NCBI GenBank assembly: GCA_052279835.1
Contig: CP181291.1
Location: forward strand, 96,001-160,000
DNA length: 64,000 nucleotides
DNA from: Microcoleus sp.
GTDB taxonomy: Bacteria; Cyanobacteriota; Cyanobacteriia; Cyanobacteriales; Microcoleaceae
Direction: 5' to 3'
Positions 39,865-51,318 of this stretch are shown here, in pieces. Positions within the stretch are counted from its first letter, which is position 1, and every line of letters starts with the position of its first letter. The translations under genes were made by a program, and so were the position numbers. Under the pieces are notes generated by a model. That model made no database searches, was not told where the DNA came from, and saw nothing but the letters and a program-made list of their open reading frames with translations.

Positions 39865-39891
39865 ACGCAAAACCAATTTAGGAAAAAAAAC

Positions 39892-40104
39892 ATGACTAAC
39901 AAAGGCTTAATGCTGGACGACCAAGGTAAACTGAACAATTTTGCGATCGAGCCTACAGTATACGTCGATGACCAACAGCGCACCGGCTTCACCCCCTACG
40001 CCGAACGCTTAAACGGCCGCCTCGCCATGATTGGTTTTGTCTCTCTGTTGGCTTTGGAAGTTTCCACCAAGCATGGATTGATTAGCTGGCTGACCCATCT
40101 GTAA
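39892..40104 (+). CDS. High-light-inducible protein (HLIP, chlorophyll a/b-binding family)
   Basis: [10 protein letters not shown] followed by [13 protein letters not shown]. Confidence 0.92.
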   Translation: MTNKGLMLDDQGKLNNFAIEPTVYVDDQQRTGFTPYAERLNGRLAMIGFVSLLALEVSTKHGLISWLTHL

Positions 40105-40247
40105 TGATGCTCTTAAAAATTAAACTGGACGGCTATGGGTTGTATGCGCTAGGCAAACTGCAATCCATAGCTTAACTGTTTTTAGGGGCAAGGTTTGGTG
40201 GGATAATTAAAAACAAATATTTAACTGTCATTCGATCGCAAAAAATA

Positions 40248-40787
40248 ATGATCAAACGAATTGTAACCATACTTCTGGTAGTTTTCAGTCTGACCTTGAC
40301 CAGTTGTGTATCTAACGCCGTCGGACTCAAAAGCCATGTGGATACTGGCGATGGCTATCAATTTCTCTATCCCAATGGCTGGCTGCCAATTGCGGTTTCT
40401 AACGGCCCAGATGTGGTGTTTCGCGATTTGATTCAGCAAACCGAGAATGTTAGCGTAGTCATCAGTCCAATTACCGGAAATAAAACTCTCGCAGATTTGG
40501 GAACACCGTCGGAGGTGGGTTACAAACTCAGCAAAAGTGCCATTGCTCCTGCCGATTCCGGCCGAGAAGCTGAGTTAGTCAATGCTGGATCTCGCGAATC
40601 GCGATCGAAAAACTATTACATTTTAGAATACGCCGTCAAGCTTCCAAACCAACAACGGCATAACTTAGCAAGCGTAGCCATCAGCCGTGGCAAACTATTT
40701 ACACTCAACATTTCCACTACGGAAGAACGTTGGCCGAAGGTTAAAGAAGCTTTCGAGAAAGTAGTTAAATCTTTTTCTGTTTATTAG
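40248..40787 (+). CDS. psbP: Photosystem II PsbP-like lipoprotein (CyanoP)
   Basis: Lipobox LTSC, DGYQFLYPNGW, ENVSVVIS, LGTPSEVG, RHNLASVA..RGKLFT. Confidence 0.9.
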   Translation: MIKRIVTILLVVFSLTLTSCVSNAVGLKSHVDTGDGYQFLYPNGWLPIAVSNGPDVVFRDLIQQTENVSVVISPITGNKTLADLGTPSEVGYKLSKSAIAPADSGREAELVNAGSRESRSKNYYILEYAVKLPNQQRHNLASVAISRGKLFTLNISTTEERWPKVKEAFEKVVKSFSVY

Positions 40788-40990
40788 TTATTAGTTATTA
40801 GTTATTAGTTATTGGTTCTTGGTTATTGGTTATTGGTGATTAGTTATTAGTTATTCGTCATTAGTTATGGATTCTTGGTTATTAGAGCCAAAAACCAACA
40901 ACTAACAACCAACAACTCACAAATAACCACTCACAAATAACAAATAACAAATAACCACTGACTAATGACCAATGACTACTGACCAATGAC
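40782..40990. repeat. STRR-like heptamer tracts (TTATTAG/TTATTGG, then ACAAATA/TGACCAA types)
   Basis: Read directly; the two tracts are roughly complementary. Confidence 0.8.
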
Positions 40991-41000
40991 TTCTTAACTT

Positions 41001-41648
41001 ATGAAAAAACCAACTTTTGTATTAGCCTCAGCTTCCCCAGCACGCCGCCAACTGCTTAAAAATGCTGGAATTCAAGCTGTAATTTGCCCAAGCGATTTTG
41101 ATGAAGGGCAAATTGAAATGAGGGATGCTGCTAAATTAGTCCAGGTTTTAGCTGAGGGAAAAGCTAATGCTGTAGCTGAGTTTTTGCGGGCTCATTCTCA
41201 TCCCCAAATTCCTCATCCTAATTCCTGTTTGGTGTTAGGATGTGATTCAATTTTGGTGATTGATGGGGAGATTCACGGCAAACCGCAAGATGCCCAAGAG
41301 GCAATTTCCCGTTGGGAGCAAATGCGCGGTAAAGTAGGTGAATTGTATACTGGCCATGCTTTAATTGATAATAGATTTGATGATTTCAATGAGGCAATGG
41401 ATCGATCGATCGTTCGCTGTCAAGTTACAAAAGTTCATTTTGCCGAAGTTACTTCGCGCCAAATTGCTGCTTACGTTGCTACGGGAGAACCTCTCGCCTG
41501 TGCCGGCTGTTTTGCCCTAGAAGGTAAAGGCGGTTTTTTTATAGAAAAAATCGAAGGCTGTCATACCAATGTGATTGGTTTGAGTTTGCCTTTGCTGCGA
41601 CAAATGCTCCGGGAATTGGGATACGATGTGGCGGATTTTTGGTCTTAA
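41001..41648 (+). CDS. maf: Maf family nucleoside triphosphate pyrophosphatase
   Basis: [36 protein letters not shown]. Confidence 0.93.
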   Translation: MKKPTFVLASASPARRQLLKNAGIQAVICPSDFDEGQIEMRDAAKLVQVLAEGKANAVAEFLRAHSHPQIPHPNSCLVLGCDSILVIDGEIHGKPQDAQEAISRWEQMRGKVGELYTGHALIDNRFDDFNEAMDRSIVRCQVTKVHFAEVTSRQIAAYVATGEPLACAGCFALEGKGGFFIEKIEGCHTNVIGLSLPLLRQMLRELGYDVADFWS

Positions 41649-41721
41649 AATCAAGAGGCACGAACAGAGGGAAATGGTTTTTAGTGAGGAATTTAGTCGG
41701 GAGATAGGACTAAACTCCTCA

Positions 41722-42207
41722 CTACAAATCTGTTGCAATGGGCAATCCAAACACCTGTTCCATCATTTGGGGTTGTCGGGTAAATTCCAGATACTGAACA
41801 ACAAATTCAGGGGTAAGCAACTCCAGGAGAAATTGATTTTCTACCCACAGTTCAATCAGCCTGAAAGCTTTGCGATCGCAGACAACCATTCGCCAGCCCT
41901 CACGCTTAGCAATATGTCGGATTTGTGCCTCATTCGTGGGAACCGAAATAGCGACATGGATGGCTCCAAAACTGGGTGGGGTTACTTGATGAAGGATTTG
42001 ACAAGGTTCATCTTCAATCCCTGGCAGCAGTTGAGTCCCCCAGGGATGAAATTCAATTCCAGAGCCATATTTATCTGTATCAGAAGCGGTTACTAAATAG
42101 CTGCCAGGATTGGGGTAAAACTCAAAGACTTTACCCTGCCAAATTTCTGCCAGCACCTGGGCAACTTGGAATGGGTTTTGAACGGCCACTGACATATGGT
42201 GAAGCAT
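41722..42207 (-). CDS. Hypothetical VOC/glyoxalase-like protein
   Basis: LHHMSVAV...IEF...IHVAI...LIELWVENQFLLEL: paired His/Glu pattern of the vicinal-oxygen-chelate fold. Confidence 0.6.
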   Translation of the reverse strand: MLHHMSVAVQNPFQVAQVLAEIWQGKVFEFYPNPGSYLVTASDTDKYGSGIEFHPWGTQLLPGIEDEPCQILHQVTPPSFGAIHVAISVPTNEAQIRHIAKREGWRMVVCDRKAFRLIELWVENQFLLELLTPEFVVQYLEFTRQPQMMEQVFGLPIATDL

Positions 42208-42385
42208 AATCTTAACCTCAATGAATGTAGAAGAAATCGCGATCGAGGACGTGAATATTCAGTACATTTAGGTATCTCAATCTTCCGTCCTGTCTATGTG
42301 CTATCATCGGGGACATCTTTCCCCCACGGCATCCTGGGAAACCAACGATCTTCAGGGGGAAATTTTGTCGTTCTACGCGATCGCT

Positions 42386-43504
42386 ATGGCTCGACTTTCC
42401 AAAGTACAGGAGCAAGCCCGAAATCAGATTTTGCAATTGGAATCACTGAATCTGCTGCCAGAAACCGCCGCTGTCAGAATTTTGGCCGCATTACAGTTGG
42501 CGATACCTGCTGATGAAGTGGCGTTATTTGGGGTCGATCCGAGTAGTCTGTTATTCAACCGCATTCTGGCGTCGATCGGTGGCTTAGAGGTATGGATGAA
42601 ATGGTTGCACTTGGTTTATCTCGCCCAAGAACCTTTCTATGGACTGACATTCCCAGGATTAATGCAAAGCAACCTGACGGCGGTAGCGATTCATGACTTC
42701 CTTGACACTTGTTTGGGAATTCCGACTCAAACCCTGGATAAAGCAATAGCTGTTTTGGCACCGAAAGACTGGCATCATATCTATCACGACATTGAAACGC
42801 CTGCGAGTGGCATTCTCCGAGTTTGTTTTGCAGCCAAGGGGCGATGGATTGCTGCGCTAGAGTTGGGGAGAAAAGACTCAAAACGATGCTACCGTCCATC
42901 GGATGTAGGCTTTATGCAGTTACTGACTCCGCCGATCGGGCGTGTTCTTCAGGCTGCGTTTGAGCGAGAACGCGCCATGCAATCTGCATCGTTGGCTACA
43001 GATGCCAGTGGCATTCTGGTGCTCGGAAGCAAGCTACAGGAGCAGTTTTGCAATCCGGCAGCAGAGTTGTGGATGAAGCAGCTTCGGGATGATGATGTCC
43101 AACGGGAAGGTAAGTTGCCAACAGCAGTATGGGCAGCGATCGCCCGTCTCAATGCCAAATTAGAAACCCAGGAACCGCTGTATGTGTGGACAGCCGCAGG
43201 CAATTTACGCATTGAAGCCTCCCGTTCCGATCGAGATGATTCAATTGCAATTGTATTTGCACCAGAACGTCCGCTGATTCCCGTTGAATTACCCATTCAT
43301 TGGCAACTCACACATCAGGAAAGACAGGTAGTTCTATTGTTAGTGCGAGGATTGAGTAATGCTCAGATTGCTGCGACACTAATAGTTAGCGAGAATACGA
43401 TCGAGTCTCATCTATCGCACATTTACCAGAAGCTTTATGTGCATAATCGGAGAGAGCTTTTAGCTTCTTTGTTCCACGAGGTTTATCAGCCACAAATCTG
43501 TTAA
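42386..43504 (+). CDS. LuxR-family transcriptional regulator with a GAF-like N-terminus
   Basis: C-terminal LTHQERQVVLLLVRGLSNAQIAATLIVSENTIESHLSHIYQKL; divergent from the VOC gene. Start uncertain (42296 or 42386). Confidence 0.85.
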   Translation: MARLSKVQEQARNQILQLESLNLLPETAAVRILAALQLAIPADEVALFGVDPSSLLFNRILASIGGLEVWMKWLHLVYLAQEPFYGLTFPGLMQSNLTAVAIHDFLDTCLGIPTQTLDKAIAVLAPKDWHHIYHDIETPASGILRVCFAAKGRWIAALELGRKDSKRCYRPSDVGFMQLLTPPIGRVLQAAFERERAMQSASLATDASGILVLGSKLQEQFCNPAAELWMKQLRDDDVQREGKLPTAVWAAIARLNAKLETQEPLYVWTAAGNLRIEASRSDRDDSIAIVFAPERPLIPVELPIHWQLTHQERQVVLLLVRGLSNAQIAATLIVSENTIESHLSHIYQKLYVHNRRELLASLFHEVYQPQIC

Positions 43505-43658
43505 TTTTTTAACTTATCCGATATTTGTTTCTAACATTATAACTTGGTCTTTTTGCGATATTTTTATAATGTTAATTTCAGAATTTTGGAGGCAGAGCAA
43601 GAAAGAAATGCGTTCCCAGGCAGAGCCTAGGAACGAGGAAATTGTAGGGACACGGCAC

Positions 43659-43955
43659 TGCCCATAGGTGTCAACTTAAGGTCAAACCCAGTCACAGATA
43701 TCTCCCTAGCCCCTCCCAGGAGACCCACCCCTAGCCCCTCCCAGGAGACCCACCCCTAGCCCCTCCCAGGAGACCCACCCCTAGCCCCTCCCAGGAGGGG
43801 AACCGGATCTAGCTCCCCTCTAGAGAGGGGCTGGGGGTGTGTCGGATCTAGCTCCCCTCTAGAGAGGGGCTGGGGGTGTGTCGGATCTAGCTCCCCTCTA
43901 GAGAGGAGAGTAGGTACACACCATGCTTTTAAGCTTAAGTTGACACCTATGGGCA
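43659..43955. mobile_element. 297-bp MITE-like element with perfect 22-bp inverted ends, nested in a REP-like hairpin and carrying internal 26-bp and 39-bp tandem repeats
   Basis: TGCCCATAGGTGTCAACTTAAG (43659-43680) / CTTAAGTTGACACCTATGGGCA (43934-43955); flanks GTAGGGACA (43644) and TGTCCCTAC (43964-43972). Confidence 0.8.
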
Positions 43956-44009
43956 CGGCGCCCTGTCCCTACTTTGGGTAAGATGAATATCACTAAAATC
44001 GTAAATAAT

Positions 44010-46829
44010 TTACCGGGCCGATGGTAACTTGAGTTCGATACCGACTTTTTGACCTAAATCGATCGCATTATTGGTAAAATCGGTTATATTTGCGATCGGA
44101 CTAGCAATACCCGCGGCGATCGCCAAAATAACACCCAATTTTTTAGCAATCAGTTTCAGATTCCGCTTGTCTTCGGGTTTGTTTAGTTGTGCTTCCACAT
44201 TGCCAATTTCCATCAACACTTCTTCGCGTTCGTCTTCTGGAAATTGGGCGGCGTTTTCACGCATCGATGAGATTAGCTTTAGAAGTTCTGCCGTATTGGC
44301 ATTATTGTTATGCACGGATTGATTGCCGCTAACTTGAGCGGTGTTCGACGAACCGCCGATATTGCCGGAGAAGTTAGCACCTTGAAAAGCATTTTGAAAG
44401 TTATTGGTTTCGGAAGAATCTTCAGTATTTTGGGGATTCATGTTTAAGTTTAAGTTGTAAATAGTTTGTTGAGAATTGGGACGCTCTCTAGAAGATTCTA
44501 CCGAATCAAGTCGATCGATTCCAGAAACTTTCTCTTGGGAATAGTCTGGGAAATCCTCGATTAAGCCCCGCACGTTGACCATTTTATAACTTGTTTGGCA
44601 CTGGATCTCATATTGTTTATCGTTGTAGAACTGCTGAAGAACATTGAACGGATAGGCGTGGGGAGACTTGTTCCCCGTGCATTTTAAACAATTGCAGGGG
44701 ATGAATTCTTGGTATTTTAGGCGGTTATCATAACTGCGATGAATCCTCCTCAAGAGTTCGTCGCGGATTTTATCTAATAGGGTTTTTTTCTGGGTTCCAG
44801 ATACGCGGATGCAGATTTCCTTTTTCTCGTAGTTCTCGATGACTTCAGCTTTGGCGTAGCCTTCAGTGAGGACAACGCCCTCGCGCCAGACAATATCCTC
44901 AATCAAGTCGTGCATCTGCACAATCAGCCTGGTGATGATGCCTTTGGGCATAAACGTATACTCATAGCGCACTATCAGGTTATCGGTGTCGTCCCAGGGG
45001 TAGTCTGGCTTTTCGACGCGGAGGCGTTGTGGGGCGATGTAGTGTCCCGGTTGGTAGGGGATTTCGTAGCAGAGTTTGAAGCTTTTCATAAGCTGGAGTA
45101 GCTTACCGTGGAGATTTTGGTATTGTCTGTCACTCCAGATTTCGCTGAGGTTTTCGTCGGTGAAGTATCCGCAGTTGGCGATGACTTGTTGGTTGTCGGT
45201 GACTTTATAAACGGCGTTAGTTGCCCATTCGGGACGGAGGATGACCAGGTTATCGAGGATAGATTCTCGCTTAGTGTCAGGATCTTTTTGGAAGTGGAGG
45301 ATAATACCGAGATCGTGCAGGTATTTGCTCAGACTCAGCATGGCGGGTTTGTCGGACTTGTCAAAGCCTTGGCTGATGCAGATGTTGTAGAAATCATGGA
45401 CATCAATGTAGTTTGTGCTTCCGGCGTAGTTTTCCAGGACGTGGCGGACGTTGGCCCAGCGTCTGGGAATGGGTATACCGACGTGGTTGAGGGTGGTGAT
45501 GCGGGTTTGTAGGGCGCGTTGCAGTTCATCGAGTCCGCGATTGTCAAACAGGTTGGTGCGGAGGGATTTTTCTAAGTTGGCAAAGTCGCCGCGCAGTTGA
45601 GGATCGTTGATTTCGCAGCGGCGGTTTTGTTTTTCGTTGTGGACGAGGAGGACTGGACTGGCGCTGCTGAGGAGTTCGATGATGTTCAGCCAGTAGCAGA
45701 GGTTGGGGTTTTCGCGGCGGTTATCGACTAGCAGAATGTAGAGGGAACGTTCGGTGAGGAAGAATTGGTGAGTGGCGTGGTAGATTTCCTGTCCGCCGAA
45801 GTCCCAGATGTGGACGCGGAAGGTTTTGCCGTTGTGTGGGAATTTCCAGCGCAGCACGTCGATGCCTTCGGTGGAGGGTTCTTGTTCTTGTTCTGGGAGT
45901 TGGTAGTCGGGGTTGAGGAGTTTTTTTGCGAGGGTGGTTTTTCCGGCTGTGCCTTCGCCGACGATGAGGAGTTTGGCTTCGTAGAGTTCTTCGCAGTCAT
46001 CGGGGTTGCGGGTTTGGAAGTAGAAGTCGAGGATGGTACGCAAATCGCCTGCTTCGTAGAATTCTTCGCCTTGGAGGATTTCGGGGGGAATCGGGAGCGG
46101 ATTTCCCCGCAAGTCTAGTTTTTCCAGCTTTTCCATGCAGCGAATCGCCTCTGGGATGACGGTAATCTGATTGTTACTGAGGTAAAGCTCTGTCAGATTC
46201 GAGAGTTGGGCGATCGCCTCTGGGATGACGGTAATCTGATTGTTCCAGAGGTAAAGCTCTGTCAGATTCGAGAGTTGGGCGATCGCCTCTGGGATGACGG
46301 TAATCTGATTGTTCCAGAGGTAAAGCTGTGTCAGATTCGAGAGTTGGGCGATCGCCTCTGGGATGACGGTAATCTGATTGTTACTGAGGTAAAGCTCTGT
46401 CAGATTCGAGAGTTGGGCGATCGCCTCTGGGATGACGGTAATCTGATTGTTCCAGAGGTAAAGCTCTGTCAGATTCGAGAGTTGGGCGATCGCCTCTGGG
46501 ATGACGGTAATCTGATTGTTCCAGAGGTAAAGCTCTGTCAGATTCGAGAGTTGGGCGATCGCCTCTGGGATGACGGTAATCTGATTGTTAGATAAGTTAA
46601 GTATTTTTAAATTGGTTAATTGCAGAACAACATCAGGAAACTCAGTTAGTTTATTCCCAATCAATTCTCGTTTCTCCTCATCCCACTTTCCCAACACCAA
46701 AGTCTCAAGCTGGGTGCACTTGCCAATCTCCGGCGGCAATTCCTCCAACTCCAACCCCGCCAAATCCAATTCTGTCTGGCCCTCCGCAGCCGCTTTGTCG
46801 ATTAACTGCAACAATTCCTCTTTCGTCAT
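44010..46829 (-). CDS. LRR-Roc-COR (Roco) GTPase with a C-terminal N/Q/G-rich motif and helical tail
   Basis: 23-aa LRRs, P-loop VGEGTAGKTT, STEGID, WDFGGQEIYHATHQFFL, COR LHDLGIILHF, MPKGIITRLIV, PCNC..C. Confidence 0.92.
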   Translation of the reverse strand: MTKEELLQLIDKAAAEGQTELDLAGLELEELPPEIGKCTQLETLVLGKWDEEKRELIGNKLTEFPDVVLQLTNLKILNLSNNQITVIPEAIAQLSNLTELYLWNNQITVIPEAIAQLSNLTELYLWNNQITVIPEAIAQLSNLTELYLSNNQITVIPEAIAQLSNLTQLYLWNNQITVIPEAIAQLSNLTELYLWNNQITVIPEAIAQLSNLTELYLSNNQITVIPEAIRCMEKLEKLDLRGNPLPIPPEILQGEEFYEAGDLRTILDFYFQTRNPDDCEELYEAKLLIVGEGTAGKTTLAKKLLNPDYQLPEQEQEPSTEGIDVLRWKFPHNGKTFRVHIWDFGGQEIYHATHQFFLTERSLYILLVDNRRENPNLCYWLNIIELLSSASPVLLVHNEKQNRRCEINDPQLRGDFANLEKSLRTNLFDNRGLDELQRALQTRITTLNHVGIPIPRRWANVRHVLENYAGSTNYIDVHDFYNICISQGFDKSDKPAMLSLSKYLHDLGIILHFQKDPDTKRESILDNLVILRPEWATNAVYKVTDNQQVIANCGYFTDENLSEIWSDRQYQNLHGKLLQLMKSFKLCYEIPYQPGHYIAPQRLRVEKPDYPWDDTDNLIVRYEYTFMPKGIITRLIVQMHDLIEDIVWREGVVLTEGYAKAEVIENYEKKEICIRVSGTQKKTLLDKIRDELLRRIHRSYDNRLKYQEFIPCNCLKCTGNKSPHAYPFNVLQQFYNDKQYEIQCQTSYKMVNVRGLIEDFPDYSQEKVSGIDRLDSVESSRERPNSQQTIYNLNLNMNPQNTEDSSETNNFQNAFQGANFSGNIGGSSNTAQVSGNQSVHNNNANTAELLKLISSMRENAAQFPEDEREEVLMEIGNVEAQLNKPEDKRNLKLIAKKLGVILAIAAGIASPIANITDFTNNAIDLGQKVGIELKLPSAR
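46144..46590 (-). repeat. 69-bp coding tandem repeat x6.5 (LRR: NNQITVIPEAIAQLSNLTELYL[W/S])
   Basis: Copies are identical except at the W/S and E/Q codons. Confidence 0.95.
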
Positions 46830-46907
46830 ATGCTTTGTCGATCTGTAGTCTTCATTTGATTGTGACAGGATTTTTTGCTTGGTGGGAGTTTCCCATGCAC
46901 CGCAATC

Positions 46908-47571
46908 TAAGAAACCGGGTTTTTTTGAGTTTCTACGACTGTTGCGAATATTCTGGTAAAAACCCGGTTTCTGGCCACCCGTGAGTCATTTAAGAAACCG
47001 GGTTTTTTTGAGTTTCTACGACTGTTGCGAATATTCTGGTAAAAACCCGGTTTCTGGCCACCCGTGAGTCATTTAAGAAACCGGGTTTTTTTGAGTTTCT
47101 ACGACTGTTGCGAATATTCTGGTAAAAACCCGGTTTCTGGCCACCCGTGAGTCATTTAAGAAACCGGGTTTTTTTGAGTTTCTGCGCTGTCACCAACAAT
47201 TCTGATAAAAACCCGGTTTCTGGCCACCCGTGAGTCATTTAAGAAACCGGGTTTTTTTGAGTTTCTACGACTGTTGCGAATATTCTGGTAAAAACCCGGT
47301 TTCTGGCCACCCGTGAGTCATCTAAGAAACCGGGTTTTTTTGAGTTTCTACGACTGTTGCGAATATTCTGGTAAAAACCCGGTTTCTGGCCACCCGTGAG
47401 TCATCTAAGAAACCGGGTTTTTTTGAGTTTCTGCGCTGTCACCAACAATTCTGATAAAAACCCGGTTTCTGGCCACCCGTGAGTCATTTAAGAAACCGGG
47501 TTTTTTTGAGTTTCTGCGCTGTCACCAACAATTCTGATAAAAACCCGGTTTCTGGCCACCCGTGAGTCATC
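46908..47571. repeat. Tandem array of eight 83-bp hairpin units with two loop alleles (order AAABAABB)
   Basis: Units start at 46908, 46991, 47074, 47157, 47240, 47323, 47406, 47489. Each has 15-bp arms AGAAACCGGGTTTTT/AAAAACCCGGTTTCT; variable core is ACGACTGTTGCGAAT (A) or GCGCTGTCACCAACA (B). Confidence 0.95.
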
Positions 47572-47587
47572 TCTGGCCTACGCATCA

Positions 47588-48505
47588 CTATCCCAGGGCG
47601 ATCGCGCTTTCAGATACAGAGGTAAACTGAAGTTGACTGGGTGAGACATCTTTCACTAAACCCAAGATATTGCCGGTACTTGCTTCCCGAATCACCGTCG
47701 CCTTAGTGTTTAAAAATCTAAACTCAGTAGTGATAATGCTTCCTGGAGGAATAGGCCCGCTGCTGTCGTAATCTCTGGCATCACCAATTGTGATAAACTT
47801 TTCGGTTAAAATCAGATCGTTTCTCGTCAGCCCAGACGCTAATCCAATTAAATCTCCTTGAGATGGATTGTAATCGAGAATAAAATCTGCGGGTACTGCT
47901 TCTACATTAGAAGGAAAAGTCCCCACAGGACGGGGTTGATCGGAACCAAAGTCTGTGGAGGTTGCTCCCGCTTCTCTTCTAATTATAAACAAATCTGCGC
48001 CTTCTCCTCCCCAAAGTCGATCGACTCCGGCATCACCAATCAGAGTATCGTTGCCACTTTCTCCTAGTAAAGCATCATTGCCTTTACCGCCTCGAACAAA
48101 ATCATTTCCTGTACCTCCATAAGCATAATCATCGTCTCGATCGCCACTGAGGATATCATTAGCACATTCTCCATAAAGAAGGTCAGAATCTTGACCGCCA
48201 CGAATAGTGTCGCTACCACAACCTCCGATTAAAGTATCTCTGCCACTGTTACCATTAATTAGTTCCGCACCACCGGAACCTCGGACAAAATCGTTGCCTC
48301 CCAAGGCCCGCACTCCCCCCGGAGTGTTGCGGAGAATTCCATTGGCTAATTGAACTATATCGTCATTGGCAGTCAGGTCAAAAAAGTTGGGGTCGCCTTG
48401 ATTTGGCAAGGGGCCAGTTAATAATTTGATGTTGGGGGGATCGGCAATAATTGGGCTGGAGTTTTCAGCTAATGCTCTAATTTCTCCTAGGGTCGTTTCT
48501 GACAT
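47588..48505 (-). CDS. Calcium-binding RTX-repeat protein
   Basis: Multiple GGxGxD nonapeptides and a C-terminal DFILDYNPSQGDLIGL module. Confidence 0.85.
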   Translation of the reverse strand: MSETTLGEIRALAENSSPIIADPPNIKLLTGPLPNQGDPNFFDLTANDDIVQLANGILRNTPGGVRALGGNDFVRGSGGAELINGNSGRDTLIGGCGSDTIRGGQDSDLLYGECANDILSGDRDDDYAYGGTGNDFVRGGKGNDALLGESGNDTLIGDAGVDRLWGGEGADLFIIRREAGATSTDFGSDQPRPVGTFPSNVEAVPADFILDYNPSQGDLIGLASGLTRNDLILTEKFITIGDARDYDSSGPIPPGSIITTEFRFLNTKATVIREASTGNILGLVKDVSPSQLQFTSVSESAIALG

Positions 48506-48813
48506 CCTAACTTTCTCCTATTTTGATTGACTTTGTTGACACTTTGATTTATACAAAGGTTGTAATTTGTGATTGGTGATTGGTAATTGGTTATTGGTGA
48601 TTGGTGATTGGTTATTGGTCAAATCCTTTCCCATTTTATCCGAATCTCGAAGTATCCGAGTTTCTGGGCCTCTCTCTTCCCCATCGCCTCCATGGCCCAA
48701 ATCCGCAAATATTTTGAATATAGGTACAATAATTCGCGGGATCGCGTACTCTATTAACCGTCAGCAGTCAGTGACTGAAAACTAACTGAATGCTAATTGT
48801 CATGAAACCTTGA

Positions 48814-50115
<1,302 letters not shown>

Positions 50116-50156
50116 AATTTGGTAATGGGTAATCGGGAATTGGGAATTCACATCCT

Positions 50157-50217
50157 GTAGGGGCGGGTTTTACAAACAATAATTGCCTCAAACCAATAAT
50201 CTCGTAAACCCGCCCCG
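50157..50217. repeat. REP-like hairpin GTAGGGGCGGGTTT...AAACCCGCCCC
   Basis: GTAG-headed inverted repeat between convergent eno and argC, flanked by heptamer tracts. Confidence 0.65.
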
Positions 50218-50259
50218 GCCCAATTACCAATTACCCATTCTCAATTACCGAACTCTCAA

Positions 50260-51318
50260 TTAAGGATAGAAAGCCAATTGAGGTAAACCCAAAGTTTCTT
50301 CCCAGCCCATCATCAAATTCATGCACTGGATACCTTGTCCGGCTTGACCTTTAATTAAATTATCGATCGCCGACATGACAATTACTCTGTCAGTACGCGG
50401 ATCTACTTCCACGCCTATGTAACAAAGATTTGTACCACAAGCCCATTTTGACTGTGGATAAACCCCAGCAGGCAAAACTTTTACTAGAGGAGAATTGCGG
50501 TAAAAAGCGTTGAAAATGGTGATTAAATCTTCCCGCACCAATCCCGGATCGCGCAAATTTGCGTAAACAGTTGCCAGAATTCCCCGCACCATCGGCATCA
50601 GGTGAGGAGTAAATTGGACTTTAATATCGTGTCCGGCTAAATCGCTACAAATTTGCTCAATTTCGGGCGTGTGGCGGTGGCGGCCCACGCCGTAAGCGCC
50701 TATGGAGTTGTCAGCTTCTGCCAACAATAGATTAATTTCGCCTTTGCGGCCTCCTCCCGAAGATCCAGACTTGGCATCGATAATTGCTGTTTCTGGAACG
50801 ATGATACCTTGTTTGAGCAAGGGGGCCAGGGCCAACAAACTAGCTGTGACGTAGCAGCCGGCACAGCCTACTAATTGAGCGTTTTTAATGCGATCGCGAT
50901 ACAATTCTGGTAAACCATAAACAGCGGTTGCTGCTAGAGCAGAGTCCGAGCGATCGCCACCGTACCAAGCTTTGTAAGTGTCGAGATTTTCAAACCTGTA
51001 GTCAGCCGACAAATCCAAGACTTTGCAGCCTTTTTCGATTAGTGTCGGTGCCATTTGGTAAGCCAAACCGTTAGGTAGGGACAGAAACACAACTTCACAT
51101 TTGGCCGCTATTGTTTCTAAGTCGATCGCCTCGACTGTCAAATCAATGCAGTTAGTCAGATGGGGATAAAGGCTGGAATAAGGTTTTCCCGCACTGCTAT
51201 CCCCCCCCAAATACACTACTTCTGCCGCCGGGTGATCCGCCAGCAACCGTACAAGTTGCACGCCGCCGTACCCTGAAGCGCCGATAATTCCTACAGGCAC
51301 ACGTCCAACATTTCCCAT
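50260..51318 (-). CDS. argC: N-acetyl-gamma-glutamyl-phosphate reductase
   Basis: [55 protein letters not shown]. Confidence 0.96.
   Translation of the reverse strand: MGNVGRVPVGIIGASGYGGVQLVRLLADHPAAEVVYLGGDSSAGKPYSSLYPHLTNCIDLTVEAIDLETIAAKCEVVFLSLPNGLAYQMAPTLIEKGCKVLDLSADYRFENLDTYKAWYGGDRSDSALAATAVYGLPELYRDRIKNAQLVGCAGCYVTASLLALAPLLKQGIIVPETAIIDAKSGSSGGGRKGEINLLLAEADNSIGAYGVGRHRHTPEIEQICSDLAGHDIKVQFTPHLMPMVRGILATVYANLRDPGLVREDLITIFNAFYRNSPLVKVLPAGVYPQSKWACGTNLCYIGVEVDPRTDRVIVMSAIDNLIKGQAGQGIQCMNLMMGWEETLGLPQLAFYP

Noticed and set aside
46206..46595. Plus-strand repeat ORF (GDRLWDDGNLIVPEVKLCQIREL)n
   Set aside because: Antisense shadow of the 69-bp LRR repeats.
46908..47571. CRISPR array
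   Set aside because: Only two recurring 15-nt variable cores inside hairpin loops, a constant part of about 68 nt, and no cas genes in the window.
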